Shown here: positions 47,805 to 57,411 of the stretch, in pieces | Layout of the letters: the number at the start of each line of letters is the position of its first letter | Position numbering within the stretch: position 1 is the stretch's first letter | Assembly: GCA_049294295.1 (NCBI GenBank) | Contig: JBAQCP010000259.1 | Coordinates: 1 to 61,755, forward strand | DNA length: 61,755 bases | Origin: Gammaproteobacteria bacterium | GTDB lineage: Bacteria > Pseudomonadota > Gammaproteobacteria > DSM-16500 | Direction: 5' to 3' | Notes under the pieces: generated by a model | The model's database searches: none | What the model saw: only the letters and a program-made list of their open reading frames with translations | What the model was told of the DNA's origin: nothing | Translations under genes and position numbers: made by a program

Positions 47805-47996
47805 TTATTTCTTTGTAATATGAATATTTTCAGGCTGAATCCAAAATACCTTTCCATTCTTCCAAGTGCAAACTGGGTTGCCTGCTTGCTTATGTTTTAA
47901 TAAAGCAGCATGAATGCCTAATTGAATAATTTCACGTACTTTTTCAGCGTCATTCAAGATTTTTGAAATTTGATCTTCATTTTTTTGGGGCTTCAT
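47805..47996 (-). CDS. Small partner protein of the zeta-like kinase
   Basis: Overlaps the upstream P-loop gene; ALLKHKQAGNPVCTWKNGKV. Confidence 0.65.
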   Translation of the reverse strand: MKPQKNEDQISKILNDAEKVREIIQLGIHAALLKHKQAGNPVCTWKNGKVFWIQPENIHITKK

Positions 47997-48564
47997 CGTA
48001 TACCTCTACCAACTTGTCCCAGATAGCGGGATGTTGAATATCTAATTGGTTGTTCATTTTTGATGCGATTTCAGTAAAACTCTCTATATCTGTATTATCG
48101 TACATTTGCCATGAATCTGCTATGGGCGCATACAGCTGAAAGAAATTCTTAAGACCCGTATGATAACGCCGTCTAACCGTCTCCTCAGGCACAAAATGTC
48201 CGCCCATTTTGACCCGTTCGGATACGCGTAATACTGCCAAATCAGGACTGGCCAGCCTTAAAAAGGTAAGGTGGAATAAATACCCCTGCTTTTTAAGCTC
48301 CACTATCCAAGGAGCAAAGCTTCGGCTAGCGAGCGTTGTTTCAAAGGCAAAATTTTCGTTTTCCTTCGCTAAATAATGCATACGCGCTAACATCGCTCTC
48401 CCTGCTTGAATCGCGACTTTTTCGGGTGCAAAAGCACTTAAGCCTGCGGCAATTGTATCGGCATTAACAAAATGACTAATGTGTAACGCTTGGTCTAATA
48501 AAGCGGGTGCGGCTGTCGTTTTGCCTGCTCCATTTGGTCCAGCAATAATAATTACATGCGGCAT
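47977..48564 (-). CDS. Zeta-toxin-like P-loop kinase (AAA_33-like)
   Basis: IIAGPNGAGKTT, FVNADTIA, FAFETTLA, RVKMGGH. Confidence 0.85.
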   Translation of the reverse strand: MPHVIIIAGPNGAGKTTAAPALLDQALHISHFVNADTIAAGLSAFAPEKVAIQAGRAMLARMHYLAKENENFAFETTLASRSFAPWIVELKKQGYLFHLTFLRLASPDLAVLRVSERVKMGGHFVPEETVRRRYHTGLKNFFQLYAPIADSWQMYDNTDIESFTEIASKMNNQLDIQHPAIWDKLVEVYDEAPKK

Positions 48565-49613
48565 TAAGCAATTCCTTTTTCTAGCATGGTTTGTAACTGT
48601 TGATTAACACCAACGAGCTGCGCTTTTTCTTGCAAGATCTCTATCTTTTCATCGGTTAGCTGTTGATTTAAATCTTTTAATGATTGCATCTCATGTTGTA
48701 GCATGATCAGCTGGTGATTTAACACGGCTGTGTCTTTCTCAACAGCGCTCAGCTGCTGAGTGTTTTCTAAGTATTTTTGTTCTAATTGCTGATGTTGTTG
48801 CTGCCGATGCTTATTAGCCACTTCTACTTGTTGATAGGTTTGTTCCAAGTTATGGTGTAGGTTGGTTAATAGCTTCAATTCATTCAAAGCCGCATGATAT
48901 TCGTTATTTAACTTCTCTAAGTCTTTGGTGGCTTCTTGATGTCGATAAAATAATTGCTGGCGATCCGCTTCAGTTATTTTCAATTGTTGCTCAGCGGCTT
49001 GACGAATACGTTGCTCGTATTGCAGCTGCTCTGCCTGCAGAGCTTGCTCTTCTAGCCGTTGGAGCCGCGTACTTTCACGGAAATGCTCTAAATTTTCTTG
49101 AGCACGTTGATGCAGGATGCGCATTTCAGCGACCAGCGCCTCTTTATCCTGTAATTGCTGCAACAACCCTTCATTATCTTTAGTTTTCTCAGTTAACTGC
49201 TGCGTCTCTATATGCAGCTGCTCTTGTAGCAAAAGCTTACCCTGGCTTGTCTCTTTGTGAGAAGCTAATAATTCATTATATTGGGCTGTTAATGCTTCCA
49301 ATGTTTGTTTTGACGTAGCAAGTTGTTCCTGCGCCTCTGCTTGCAAGGCTTGTGCCGCGTCATTTGCTTGAGCATAGAGACGCTGCCAAGCACCTGTCAT
49401 GAAGTTCAAGACATCATCCGGCAACTCGTTGCCATTAACGATAGAAGAAAGTGAATGTTGGTGTCGCCACTCACGCAGAAAACCCGCAATCGTTGAATTG
49501 CTGCCTGTGCCTAATTCGCGGCGTATGAGTTCGATGGTGGGCTTGTCGCCTTGGCCAGTTAATTGATTAGCAATCTTAAAGACTTCCGTTTGGGTAATAC
49601 CAGGACGCGCCAT
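48564..49613 (-). CDS. TnpT/KfrA-like DNA-binding coiled-coil protein (resident copy)
   Basis: MARPGIT...PTIELIRRELGTGSNSTIAGFLREW, AQENLEHFRE, long coiled coil. Confidence 0.85.
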   Translation of the reverse strand: MARPGITQTEVFKIANQLTGQGDKPTIELIRRELGTGSNSTIAGFLREWRHQHSLSSIVNGNELPDDVLNFMTGAWQRLYAQANDAAQALQAEAQEQLATSKQTLEALTAQYNELLASHKETSQGKLLLQEQLHIETQQLTEKTKDNEGLLQQLQDKEALVAEMRILHQRAQENLEHFRESTRLQRLEEQALQAEQLQYEQRIRQAAEQQLKITEADRQQLFYRHQEATKDLEKLNNEYHAALNELKLLTNLHHNLEQTYQQVEVANKHRQQQHQQLEQKYLENTQQLSAVEKDTAVLNHQLIMLQHEMQSLKDLNQQLTDEKIEILQEKAQLVGVNQQLQTMLEKGIA

Positions 49614-49755
49614 GTGTCATTTGTCAAAGATAAGTTCAGCAGGCACCCCGTAAATTCAGCTTTACTTCTGCCAGAGTTGAGTTCAGCATTGCCGCAAATT
49701 GGTTCAGCAAATGGCATTTTTGACAAAGTAGCGTTCTCTAAATGGCAATTAATTC

Positions 49756-51609
49756 ATGGTACTAAAAATACAACCCGGTGTCATTGTTACCTTCAACGGG
49801 CAACGATACAAAATTAAATCCCCCTTAAATTTAGAACGAGTGTTAATTGAACCATTAGGTTCTGGCGAAGCAATCTCAGCATTACTATCAAATCTTCAGC
49901 CCGCAACACCCGATAATAGACAATCTAGTGAAAAGACGCATGGTGCAAGAGCAATAATTGAATTCAAAGAAAAAGATTGGGCCGAGGCCAAAAAACGAGA
50001 AAAATTGATCCGGCCACTTGCCACAACAATTTGCTCAAGGGAGGATGCTCGAAAGATAGGCGCTAAATTAGGAATATCTTCGCGCTACGTTTATAAACTG
50101 ATCAAGCGCTACCAAGAATCGGATTGCAAACTCACTTCATTACTTCCCAGCAAACGAAATGGAGGGGCCGGCAAAGGCCGCATTAATAAAGAAATTGAAA
50201 AAATAATTCAAGCCAGCATTAATGAATTCTACCTGACAAGGCAAAAATTTAGGATTAGTGTTGTTGTCCAAGAAGTATTACGCCGCTGTCATTATAGCAA
50301 CCTCAAAATGCCATCAGATAGAACCGTTCGCAGAAGAATTGAATGTGTCCAGGCTAAACATGCTCTTATGAAAAGAGAAGGTGCCAAGGTTGCACGAGAA
50401 GAATATTCGCCAATCATAGGCTCATTCCCTGAAGTAAAACAGCCATTAGCGGTATTACAAATTGATCACACGCCCGTTGATTTAATCATCGTTGACGAAT
50501 TTCATAGGAAGCCTATCGGCAGGCCTTATTTAACAGTGGCAATCGATGTATTTAGCCGTTGCATAACAGGATTTTGCTTATCATTAGAAGCGCCCTCTGC
50601 TGTATCTGTAGGCTTATGTTTGAGCCACTCAATTTTTGATAAAGACACCTGGCTTTCTGATCGAAAAATCAACACCAGCTGGCCGATATGGGGAAAGCCT
50701 GATGTCATTTATGTTGATAATGCTTCTGAATTTCACAGTGAAGCATTGCAGCGAGGATGCGATGCTCATGGAATCCAAATCAAATATCGTCCAATTGCAC
50801 AACCGCATTTTGGTGGTATTGTTGAAAGAGTCATTGGCACCATGATGCAGCATATCCATCAACTACCTGGCACCACGTTCTCGAATATAGCTGAACGCGG
50901 TGATTATCCATCTGAGAAAAAAGCAGTACTCACTTTGGCTGAGTTGGAGCAATGGCTAACCATCTCGATCACCGATTATTATCATCAAAAAATCCATAGT
51001 GGCATTAGCTTGCCACCGATAGAAAAATATAAAGCAGGGATTTTAGGTGATGAGAGCCATAAAGGCTGTGGATATTTTCCGCGTATTCAAAATAAAAAGT
51101 TATTCCTAATTGATTTTTTACCTATTGAAAGACGTACGCTACAGCGACATGGTTTTATGCTGGATCATATTACGTATTATAGTAATGCCTTATCACCAAT
51201 GATCGCTAATAGGAAAAAATATGGGCCTTTCATTATCCGGCGTGACCCACGTGATATCAGTCATATTTACATCTTAGATCCTGAGAGTCATACCTATTTA
51301 GAAATCCCATACCGAACCTTATCGAGACCAACTGTTACATTGTGGGAACATCGCCAAGCTTTGAATTTTTTACGTGAAAAAGGAATTGAGAAAAAGGATG
51401 AAACTCTAATCTTCCAAGCAGTAGAAAAATTACGTGAGATTACCAAAGAAGCAACAAAGCGTAGTAAGTCTGCAAGGCGTCAACATGAGCGTACTCATCA
51501 GGCGCAGATGATGATAACAACACCAATCCAGGAACAATTTGAACAATATGCTTCAAAAACAGGTTCAACACAGCCAGCACGACCATTTGAGGATATTGAA
51601 ATATGGTAG
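49756..51609 (+). CDS. tniA: TniA/TnsB-like DDE transposase
   Basis: LQIDHTPVD, IGRPYLTVAIDVFSR, DNASEF, GGIVERVIGT, LPGTTFSN, PFEDIEIW. Confidence 0.95.
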   Translation: MVLKIQPGVIVTFNGQRYKIKSPLNLERVLIEPLGSGEAISALLSNLQPATPDNRQSSEKTHGARAIIEFKEKDWAEAKKREKLIRPLATTICSREDARKIGAKLGISSRYVYKLIKRYQESDCKLTSLLPSKRNGGAGKGRINKEIEKIIQASINEFYLTRQKFRISVVVQEVLRRCHYSNLKMPSDRTVRRRIECVQAKHALMKREGAKVAREEYSPIIGSFPEVKQPLAVLQIDHTPVDLIIVDEFHRKPIGRPYLTVAIDVFSRCITGFCLSLEAPSAVSVGLCLSHSIFDKDTWLSDRKINTSWPIWGKPDVIYVDNASEFHSEALQRGCDAHGIQIKYRPIAQPHFGGIVERVIGTMMQHIHQLPGTTFSNIAERGDYPSEKKAVLTLAELEQWLTISITDYYHQKIHSGISLPPIEKYKAGILGDESHKGCGYFPRIQNKKLFLIDFLPIERRTLQRHGFMLDHITYYSNALSPMIANRKKYGPFIIRRDPRDISHIYILDPESHTYLEIPYRTLSRPTVTLWEHRQALNFLREKGIEKKDETLIFQAVEKLREITKEATKRSKSARRQHERTHQAQMMITTPIQEQFEQYASKTGSTQPARPFEDIEIW

Positions 51610-52559
51610 ATATACAAGCTGAACATTTATTACCTGAGATCAGGCCTCTTCTACAGCTTACCGATTCTGAACGAATTATGCATATTGAAAAAGATAATTG
51701 GATTGGCTATTCACGAGCAAGGCAAGTATTAAATAAATTACAAGCTTTGTATTCTCATCCACAACGCCAGCGCATGCCAAACTTATTAATTATTGGCCCA
51801 ACGAATAATGGAAAGTCCATGATTATTGAAAAGTTCTGTCGTGACTATCCACCAATAAAGGAAAAATTTAAACCAACATACAATTATAGAATAGAAGAAA
51901 GGGATGTGTTGGTAGAATTGCCCATTTTATCTGTGCAAATGTTACCCGCTCCTGACATCCGCAGATTTTACCGTACTATTTTTGACAAGATACGCGCTGG
52001 AGGTGGATTTGAAACAATGTTGCTTCATGCATCACCACTTGAAGATAATGTCATCAAAGTATTAACGCATTTTAAAGTAAAGATGCTAATCATCGATGAG
52101 ATTCATAACGTTCTTGCTGGCCGAAATGATAAGCAACATGAATTTTTAAATGCTCTACGCTATTTAGGTAATGCTTTAAAAATTCCGATTGTTTGTGTTG
52201 GCACTAAAGACGCTTATCTTGCAATACGCAGTGATGCACAGTTGGAAAACCGCTTTGAACCTTTTTTGCTTTCAGCATGGAAAGCAAGTCAAGAATACGA
52301 ATCATTACTGGCTAGCCTAATGGCTATTTTACCGCTTAAGTTTCCTTCCAATCTAAATCATCCACCCCTTTCCAGGTATATTTTGGAAAAAAGCGATGGG
52401 ATTTTAGGTGAAATATTTACATTAGTAAGACGAGCTGCGGTGATGGCTATACACTCAGGACGTGAGATGATCGATGAAAATCTGTTAAAAGAAATCGACT
52501 ATCACTCCCCCACTGAGCGTATACGGCTTTTTGAACGTCATATTGCTGGGGCTGCCTGA
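51603..52559 (+). CDS. tniB: TniB/TnsC-like AAA+ ATPase
   Basis: WIGYSRA, GPTNNGKSMIIEKF, IIDEIHN, SDAQLENRF. Confidence 0.95.
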   Translation: MVDIQAEHLLPEIRPLLQLTDSERIMHIEKDNWIGYSRARQVLNKLQALYSHPQRQRMPNLLIIGPTNNGKSMIIEKFCRDYPPIKEKFKPTYNYRIEERDVLVELPILSVQMLPAPDIRRFYRTIFDKIRAGGGFETMLLHASPLEDNVIKVLTHFKVKMLIIDEIHNVLAGRNDKQHEFLNALRYLGNALKIPIVCVGTKDAYLAIRSDAQLENRFEPFLLSAWKASQEYESLLASLMAILPLKFPSNLNHPPLSRYILEKSDGILGEIFTLVRRAAVMAIHSGREMIDENLLKEIDYHSPTERIRLFERHIAGAA

Positions 52560-52562
52560 AGA

Positions 52563-53543
52563 TCAATTATCTTGGATTTTTTTCAATACACTAGCGGCAG
52601 CATTTTCTTCAAAACGCTGAGCTGCTTCAATATATTCCATAACTGTATTCACATTTTTCCAGCGCCCTTGCCGCATAATAGCAGAAAGAGCTGCGCCATC
52701 ACGGCTAGCAGAAGTAGCTAGTCCTCGTCGCAAACTGTGGCTGCTAAAATTTTCTGCCTGTGGAATCTCAGCATCACGAGCACGTTTCACCAGAATATTA
52801 CTAACGGATAGCGGCGCAAGCGGTGCACCATTAAGATGCCCTTCCAAATGTATTCGGCGAAATAGAGGACCGCTTGTTATTTTAGATTGCTCAATCCATT
52901 GTTTTAATGCTCGCACGGGACATAGTTGCTCATTACCGTATGGAATAGCGCAATAGCGACCTTCATGTGTTTGATCTGTTTTTGAATGAGGGATTAAAAT
53001 ATCGATGCCTTGATCTTTCCAATCCACATGCTCATAACAAATAGCAACAATTTCACTTCGCCTAAAAGCGCCAAAGAAGGCGAGCTGTAATAACGCGCTA
53101 TCGCGCGACGCACGTAATCTATTCTCTGTATTAAGATAAGCAACAATCTTTATTAAATGTTCTGGCAATAGCGGCGGAGCCTTATCTTTGGGTTTGCCGT
53201 GTGTGCGCATAATCCCAGCCAGTGTCTTACTAACCGATGGGTGCTGAGTGGGGTCAGGAAGCCCCTGGTAAATATGCCAATTTTTTAATGCTGTTAAGCG
53301 CCGCGCTAGCGTACGTGGATTAAGTTCTTTTGCAAATGCCTGTAGATAAATAAGAATGGTTTCTGTGCTGGCAGGTAGCTCACCACCCCATTTTTCAAAA
53401 TGCTGGATATCAGCTCGATAGGCACGACGAGTGTTCTCACTGGTTGCAGCGGTAATGTAAGGGTTGCTAAAAGGTACTGTAATGGACTGCTTTTCATTAC
53501 GTAATATTATGCCCTCATTTAAAACAGTTAACTCCTTGTCCAA
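52563..53543 (-). CDS. TnpS-like tyrosine recombinase (transposon-borne)
   Basis: SENTRRAYRAD, GAFRRSE, SKTDQ, CPVRAL, HSLRRG, GRWK...EY. Confidence 0.92.
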   Translation of the reverse strand: MDKELTVLNEGIILRNEKQSITVPFSNPYITAATSENTRRAYRADIQHFEKWGGELPASTETILIYLQAFAKELNPRTLARRLTALKNWHIYQGLPDPTQHPSVSKTLAGIMRTHGKPKDKAPPLLPEHLIKIVAYLNTENRLRASRDSALLQLAFFGAFRRSEIVAICYEHVDWKDQGIDILIPHSKTDQTHEGRYCAIPYGNEQLCPVRALKQWIEQSKITSGPLFRRIHLEGHLNGAPLAPLSVSNILVKRARDAEIPQAENFSSHSLRRGLATSASRDGAALSAIMRQGRWKNVNTVMEYIEAAQRFEENAAASVLKKIQDN

Positions 53544-53624
53544 GTTTAACTCCTTTTAAGCAATAGCTGAGATCCGGGGTATTCGTCTTATTTTACAGGA
53601 CTATTTTTAAAGTAAAAGCTATAT

Positions 53625-53652
53625 TATTAAGATAACAATCATTATCTCAATA
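53625..53652. promoter_or_regulatory. Candidate tyrosine-recombinase crossover (res) site
   Basis: TATTAAGATAA-caatca-TTATCTCAATA (11-6-11, 1 mismatch) between the divergent tnpS- and tnpT-like genes. Confidence 0.6.
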
Positions 53653-53728
53653 TGTTTTTTAGTAGGAAAATTAGTTGATACTACTAATATTTAACATTAT
53701 ATTATGATTTACATAAAAATATGATTAG

Positions 53729-54805
53729 GTGTCAGGAGAGAATATGTCACGGCCAGGAGTCACTTATAACGATATTGCGAATGCTGCACAGCAACTATCT
53801 GCCCAGGGCAAAAACCCCACTATTGAAAGCATTCGTTCGCTAACCGGCACAGGTAGCAGCACTACCATTGCCCAACATTTAAAGGCCTGGAAAGTCAGGC
53901 AAGATCAAACCAAGCTACTCTGCCTCAAAGAAAACCTTCCCGAAGAAATTGTCCTGACCATGAAGGGTCTGTGGGGACGTGTCATTAGCCAGGGAGAAGA
54001 GAAATTAATGGCGATTACGCAAGACTTCGAGCAAACGACATCTGCGTTTAAAGAGCAGAATACAAAGCTTGAAGAAGAAAACGTCCGTTGGCAGCAGCAA
54101 CACCATGAAATAAAACAAGAAAAAGACAGGGTTGCACATGATAAATCAGCTTTAGAGCAAGTCATTAGACAGCTAGAAAACGAAAAAATCGCACTCACTG
54201 TTACACAGGAGAACTCATTCAAACAGCTACAAGAAAAGCAAGATCGAATTAATGAGATCCACCGTTTAAATCAGCAAGTGCAAGCTAATTTAGAACATTA
54301 TCGTGAAGCATCTCGGGAACAGCGAATGCTTGATCAACAACGCCATGAACAAGCACAAGTACAATTAGAGCAAACTGTTCAACAGCTCAAACAAGAATTA
54401 ACAGCAGTGAAGCAAGAAAGAAACTCTCTTCAGCATGAGTTAGAAAAAACACGACAGGCAAGCAAGGCTTTACAAAACCAGAATGATCTGCTTACCTCGC
54501 AGAATGAAACAATCAAATCTCGATGGGATTTGGCTCAAAAAGAAGTGATTCAACACTCTCACGCTGAACAGCATTGGCGAAATCAGTGTCAAAAAACTCA
54601 GGAAAAATTAGATGAGCAGAATGCTTCACTTATCAGCTTACAGACACAAATGGCTGTACTCTCCCAAAAATTGTCTGACGCTCAAGGTACGCTGAAAGAA
54701 GTAAGCGAGCAAAATAAATTTCTTGCCCATGAAAAGTGGATACTCGGCCAGGAAAACGCTCAATTAATTGGACAATTAACCCAGCTAGAAAAGGTGATTT
54801 TATAA
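53729..54805 (+). CDS. TnpT/KfrA-like coiled-coil protein (transposon-borne; likely ATG 53744)
   Basis: MSRPGVT...PTIESIRSLTGTGSSTTIAQHLKAW, QANLEHYRE. Confidence 0.85.
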   Translation: MSGENMSRPGVTYNDIANAAQQLSAQGKNPTIESIRSLTGTGSSTTIAQHLKAWKVRQDQTKLLCLKENLPEEIVLTMKGLWGRVISQGEEKLMAITQDFEQTTSAFKEQNTKLEEENVRWQQQHHEIKQEKDRVAHDKSALEQVIRQLENEKIALTVTQENSFKQLQEKQDRINEIHRLNQQVQANLEHYREASREQRMLDQQRHEQAQVQLEQTVQQLKQELTAVKQERNSLQHELEKTRQASKALQNQNDLLTSQNETIKSRWDLAQKEVIQHSHAEQHWRNQCQKTQEKLDEQNASLISLQTQMAVLSQKLSDAQGTLKEVSEQNKFLAHEKWILGQENAQLIGQLTQLEKVIL

Positions 54806-55404
54806 TGAGCAATTGCGAATGCCAGCAAATAGCCGGCACGATAACTGATCGAAAAATTTTAACAATTGCTCTGGCACTAAACGCTGCCATGTTCATCATA
54901 GGGCTAATTGCCGGTGTATTAGCACAATCCACAGGCCTTATTGCAGATTCTCTAGACATGCTCGCTGACGCTTCTGTTTATGGCTTAGGGCTTCTCGCAA
55001 TAAATCGTAGTACACAGTTTAAAAATATGACTGCTATGTTTAGCGGTAGCTTACTTCTCCTCTTAAGTGTCTGGATATTGCTTGATGTCGGACGACGAGC
55101 ATGGTTTGGCAGTTTTCCCGATAGCACAGTGATGATAATCATTGCTTGTATTTCATTAGTAGTAAATGGAGCCGTGTTATCTATGCTGGGTAAATTTCGT
55201 CATGGTGAAATCCATCTACGAGCAACCTGGATTTTTACTCGCGCAGATGTGATTGTGAATATCGGTGTCATTATCTCGGGTGTGTTAGTAGCTTTGACTA
55301 ACTCAAGATATGCAGACTTGATAGTCGGATTTGTCATCTGCCTATATGTTATTAAGGAGGCCTGCGAGATTATTAGTAGCGCCCATAAGGAACGAATTGC
55401 TTAA
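54805..55404 (+). CDS. CDF-family (CzcD-like) cation efflux transporter, TM domain only
   Basis: ALALNAAMF, STGLIADSLDMLADASVY, ATWIFTRADV; ATG overlaps the upstream TAA. Confidence 0.88.
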   Translation: MSNCECQQIAGTITDRKILTIALALNAAMFIIGLIAGVLAQSTGLIADSLDMLADASVYGLGLLAINRSTQFKNMTAMFSGSLLLLLSVWILLDVGRRAWFGSFPDSTVMIIIACISLVVNGAVLSMLGKFRHGEIHLRATWIFTRADVIVNIGVIISGVLVALTNSRYADLIVGFVICLYVIKEACEIISSAHKERIA

Positions 55405-55561
55405 TAAAGAGATCTGTGCTGAACTCTACTTTAGCAGGCTAAACTTATCTTTGAAAAATGACACCATGTGATCCCTCATCAATTTCATTTAGTAACATTG
55501 AATGTTAAATTAACATTTTTTGAATGAAACGAATAGGCAAAATATTACTATTTTTTACTTT

Positions 55562-55579
55562 CGATAAGAATATTTATCA
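55562..55579. promoter_or_regulatory. Candidate res core of the resident tnpS/tnpT pair
   Basis: CGATAA-gaatat-TTATCA; shares GATAA-N6-TTATC with the site at 53625-53652. Confidence 0.45.
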
Positions 55580-55643
55580 TAGGTTATCTTAAAATTTGGT
55601 ATACTCAGCAAACGTAATGCGTCCATCAACAAGGAATCTGTGC

Positions 55644-56636
55644 ATGCATGATAATGACGATCAAACCAGCCTCGCAACACTAGAAAAAGCAACACTCGTA
55701 GCGATCTCCCCTGCCACAAGTTTAAATAATCCCTATATAGCGCTTGCCACCAGCGACAATACGCGACGCGCCTATCGTCACGACATCCGTCACTTTGAAA
55801 CGTGGGGTGGGAGGCTCCCCGCACAAACTGCACAAATCGCTCAGTATTTAGAAGCGCACGCGGCGACCTTCAATCCACACACGTTAGCGAGGCGCTTAAT
55901 CGCCCTTCGTCACTGGCATGCTTACCAAGGATTTGCTGACCCCACAGCCCATGCAGTGATCCAGAAAACGATGAAAGGTATCCAGCGTGTGCATGGTAAG
56001 CCAACGCAGAAGGCACACGCCCTAACGCCCAGTGAACTCGTCACGCTACATCAATACCTAGCGCAACAAGGAACACTCATCGCAACGCGTGATGATGCAC
56101 TAATACAGATAGGCTTTTTTGGCGCCCTACGAGGCAGTGAGCTGGTAGGGATGCGAGTGGAAGATATTACGTGGCATGATGCAGGCATTGAAATCCTACT
56201 CCCCTCTTCTAAAACAGATCCCACGCACGCCGGTCAACGTTGTGTCATTAAGCCAGGTAAAGAAACCTTATGCCCTATTCGCGCTTTAACCGATTGGTTA
56301 GCAAAGAGCGGCATCGAGCAAGGACCCATTTTTACCCGCATCCGCAAAAATGATAAAATAGGCATGAATTCGCTGAATCCCCTATCGGTTACGGCTATTT
56401 TAAAAGCCCGCGCAAAACAAGCGGGACTCCCACAGGTGGCACAATTAAGCAGTCATAGTTTGCGCCGTGGATTTGCAACCAGTGCCGCGCTCGCCGGGGA
56501 ACGCTTACAAACAATTATGCGTGATTGTCGATGGAAAAGCCCTCATATCGCGATGGGGTATATTGAACAAGCTGATCAAATGACTGATCATGCCAGCGCA
56601 AAGATTTTAGACAGCATCAATCAAATAAAGACGTGA
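55644..56636 (+). CDS. TnpS-like tyrosine recombinase (resident copy)
   Basis: ATSDNTRRAYRHD, GALRGSE, SKTD, HSLRRG; clear paralogue of 52563-53543; RBS AAGGA before ATG 55644. Confidence 0.92.
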   Translation: MHDNDDQTSLATLEKATLVAISPATSLNNPYIALATSDNTRRAYRHDIRHFETWGGRLPAQTAQIAQYLEAHAATFNPHTLARRLIALRHWHAYQGFADPTAHAVIQKTMKGIQRVHGKPTQKAHALTPSELVTLHQYLAQQGTLIATRDDALIQIGFFGALRGSELVGMRVEDITWHDAGIEILLPSSKTDPTHAGQRCVIKPGKETLCPIRALTDWLAKSGIEQGPIFTRIRKNDKIGMNSLNPLSVTAILKARAKQAGLPQVAQLSSHSLRRGFATSAALAGERLQTIMRDCRWKSPHIAMGYIEQADQMTDHASAKILDSINQIKT

Positions 56637-56717
56637 TACCTACGTAGCAATATCTTTAAGTGGTATTTTTAATATCGTTTTGTAAGAATGAAATATTCAA
56701 GGATGAGAGGTGAGACC

Positions 56718-56963
56718 ATGTTAAGAATCATGATAATCGGACTAGTCAGTATTGTTTTAAGCGCATGTGGCCTCGCTAACCGTATCAATGCCGAAAGAGA
56801 CATGACTACGTCTAAAAAAGTCTATCAAGCGTGTTTAGCACAACACCCTAATGAAGTTGCTACTTGTGATAGCACACGTCTCACTTATGAAGCCGATCTG
56901 CAAACTTATCAAGCGCTAAACGCCAATCGCCCGCAAGCTGTCTACGTTAGCAATTTTCATTAA
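56718..56963 (+). CDS. Small lipoprotein
   Basis: MLRIMIIGLVSIVLSAC lipobox; RBS GAGG. Confidence 0.65.
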   Translation: MLRIMIIGLVSIVLSACGLANRINAERDMTTSKKVYQACLAQHPNEVATCDSTRLTYEADLQTYQALNANRPQAVYVSNFH

Positions 56964-57057
56964 ATGCGTTCTTCCTTAAGAGTTGAGTAGTCGGCATTGA
57001 CAACAGTCTAATGCCGCATTACTCTTTCCATCCCGCCTGCATACCGTCCTCTTCTCC

Positions 57058-57312
57058 TTGCCATCAATAAGGTTATTTATGAAAGAACTGGATAAGCTGC
57101 CATTTCAGAAAGTTTTAGAGTTATACAATTTAAAGTGTGATGCAGAAAAACGACATGACGTTACTAAATTAGATCGCCTGGCTGAGCAATTCCCGTCTCT
57201 TTTTAGTAAAGCGTTTGAAGATTATATGAATCGACTAAAAGCGAGCGCTAAGTTATTAGATGCAAAACATGGCAGTTCGTTTAACCAATATTTTGGCATA
57301 GTTATCCATTGA
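57058..57312 (+). CDS. Hypothetical protein
   Basis: ORF; probable start at MKELDK with AAGG upstream. Confidence 0.45.
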   Translation: MPSIRLFMKELDKLPFQKVLELYNLKCDAEKRHDVTKLDRLAEQFPSLFSKAFEDYMNRLKASAKLLDAKHGSSFNQYFGIVIH

Positions 57313-57411
57313 TGCACAACTTTTAAGACCAGTTATCCCCAGAAATTGTGGATAACGTGAAGATGGCGCGAAATAGAATGCTAATTTAATGCGATGTATC
57401 TTCCATACAGT

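Larger units (their letters stand above)
49615..55463. mobile_element. Tn5053/Tn402-related (TniA/TniB) transposon, 5849 bp
   Basis: Terminal IRs TGTCATTTgTCAAAGATAAGTTcAGC and TGTCATTTtTCAAAGATAAGTTtAGC; 5-bp target duplication CCATG at 49610-49614 and 55464-55468; internal GTTCAGCA repeats at 49634, 49681, 49702 and inverted at 55417. Confidence 0.93.

Noticed and set aside
49563..49817. 84-aa plus-strand ORF
   Set aside because: Spans the transposon left end and target junction; chimeric and spurious
48564..56636. Outer Tn4651-like Tn3 transposon around the resident tnpS/tnpT
   Set aside because: No Tn3 transposase and no GGGG-type 38-bp ends seen; treated as a plasmid resolution module
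57302..57356. DnaA-box-like cluster (TTATCCCCA, TGTGGATAA) as a third origin
   Set aside because: No adjacent iterons or initiator; insufficient support
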